The notes beneath the pieces were generated by a model, which was not told the DNA's origin, ran no database searches, and worked only from the letters and a program-made list of their open reading frames with translations. The translations under genes were made by a program, and so were the position numbers. A stretch of DNA of 64,000 bases from Lingula anatina (taxonomy: Eukaryota > Animalia > Brachiopoda), in the NCBI GenBank assembly GCA_051362555.1, contig CM120645.1:3596001-3660000 (forward strand), written 5' to 3'. Positions within the stretch are counted from its first letter, which is position 1. Each line of letters starts with the position of its first letter. Shown here piece by piece: positions 63,401-64,000 of the stretch.

Positions 63401-64000
63401 GACCATTTCTAGTCTAACAACCAATTAAGTTGTCTCCCCTTACACATTCTCCTATTGTGAGCAGAGGTATCGCCCATTGTGAGGGGAGGAAACTGCTTGA
63501 CCACTTAAGTAGATGTTAGATCATTTTTGATCTTAAAAGCAGATTCAGTCCATTTTAAGACTACTGCTGTAATGATTAACATCGTGTAAGATCACTTGTG
63601 AACTTAAATTGCACTTTAAGACCAAATCTAGCCCACTAGTGCTAGGTCATTTACTGTGTAAGCCAAGTTCACCACGGGTAGCAGATATAATTCTTGTGTT
63701 AATAACTGATAAGAAGTTTTTCATATAGTTTGCCCAGCATAGGATAAAAGGGAAACAGAGAGTTTATACTTAGTGCCTGTGGTGAGCTACGTAGATTTAT
63801 CAGACTGAGTGTTAATACTTTATTCTGTAAAAAATATCTAAATTGATAGCAAGCATTGTACATGTCCAATTTATAGGTGATCTCAATGCTTTTTTTTTTT
63901 TTTTTTTGTATAGTTGAACTGTTGAGGTGATAATTGTGATATTCTTAAAGAAAATAAATGGAAGTCATTGTATTTTTCAGGGTCCAATAGCACTAAGGAT
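59647..64000 (+). CDS. AUH: Methylglutaconyl-CoA hydratase (crotonase family, mitochondrial), 3' incomplete at the window edge
   Basis: Exons 59647-59782, 60279-60346, 60622-60709, 61239-61418, 61887-61943, 62417-62604, 63981-64000+. Arg-rich transit-like N-terminus; [58 protein letters not shown] fit AUH better than ECHDC2. Confidence 0.92.
60379..60436. repeat. (CT)n microsatellite
   Basis: Pure run in AUH intron 2. Confidence 0.95.
62860..62960. repeat. 18-bp minisatellite
   Basis: CCTAACACAACCATCACA-like units repeated. Confidence 0.75.
63324..63641. mobile_element. CACTA/EnSpm-like MITE
   Basis: CTA|CACTAGTGG..GATTTGGTCTTAAAGTGCAATTTAAG ... CTTAAATTGCACTTTAAGACCAAATC..CCACTAGTG|CTA: CACTA termini with a 3-bp TSD. 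Confidence 0.8.

Overview
AT-rich, intron-rich animal genomic DNA, probably a lophotrochozoan invertebrate such as a mollusc (inferred from gene and repeat content). Five protein-coding genes were reconstructed by hand with GT-AG junctions and phase checks. (1) POC1, the centriolar WD40 protein, minus strand, 13 exons, 468 aa. (2) An apparently intronless 439-aa gene with a PTB-like domain and Tyr/Pro-rich tail, nested antisense in the 12.5-kb POC1 intron 7. (3) Cyclin Q (CCNQ/FAM58A), plus strand, 240 aa, head-to-head with POC1. (4) A divergent NR1-family nuclear receptor (Rev-erb/E75/E78/ROR-like), minus strand, 9 coding exons, 589 aa. (5) AUH, plus strand, running off the window and probably head-to-head with the receptor. 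The first 9.6 kb is a cluster of rolling-circle elements (Helentron/HINE-like and Helitron-like) with a nested 2.8-kb TIR element. Introns contain non-autonomous Tc1/mariner-, Kolobok-, Harbinger- and CACTA-like elements. Highlights are the divergent POC1-CCNQ pair of cilium-linked genes with an X-box-like shared promoter, the nested adaptor gene, perfect DR5/DR2 elements and uORFs at the receptor locus, and a shared element body found with two different types of rolling-circle termini.
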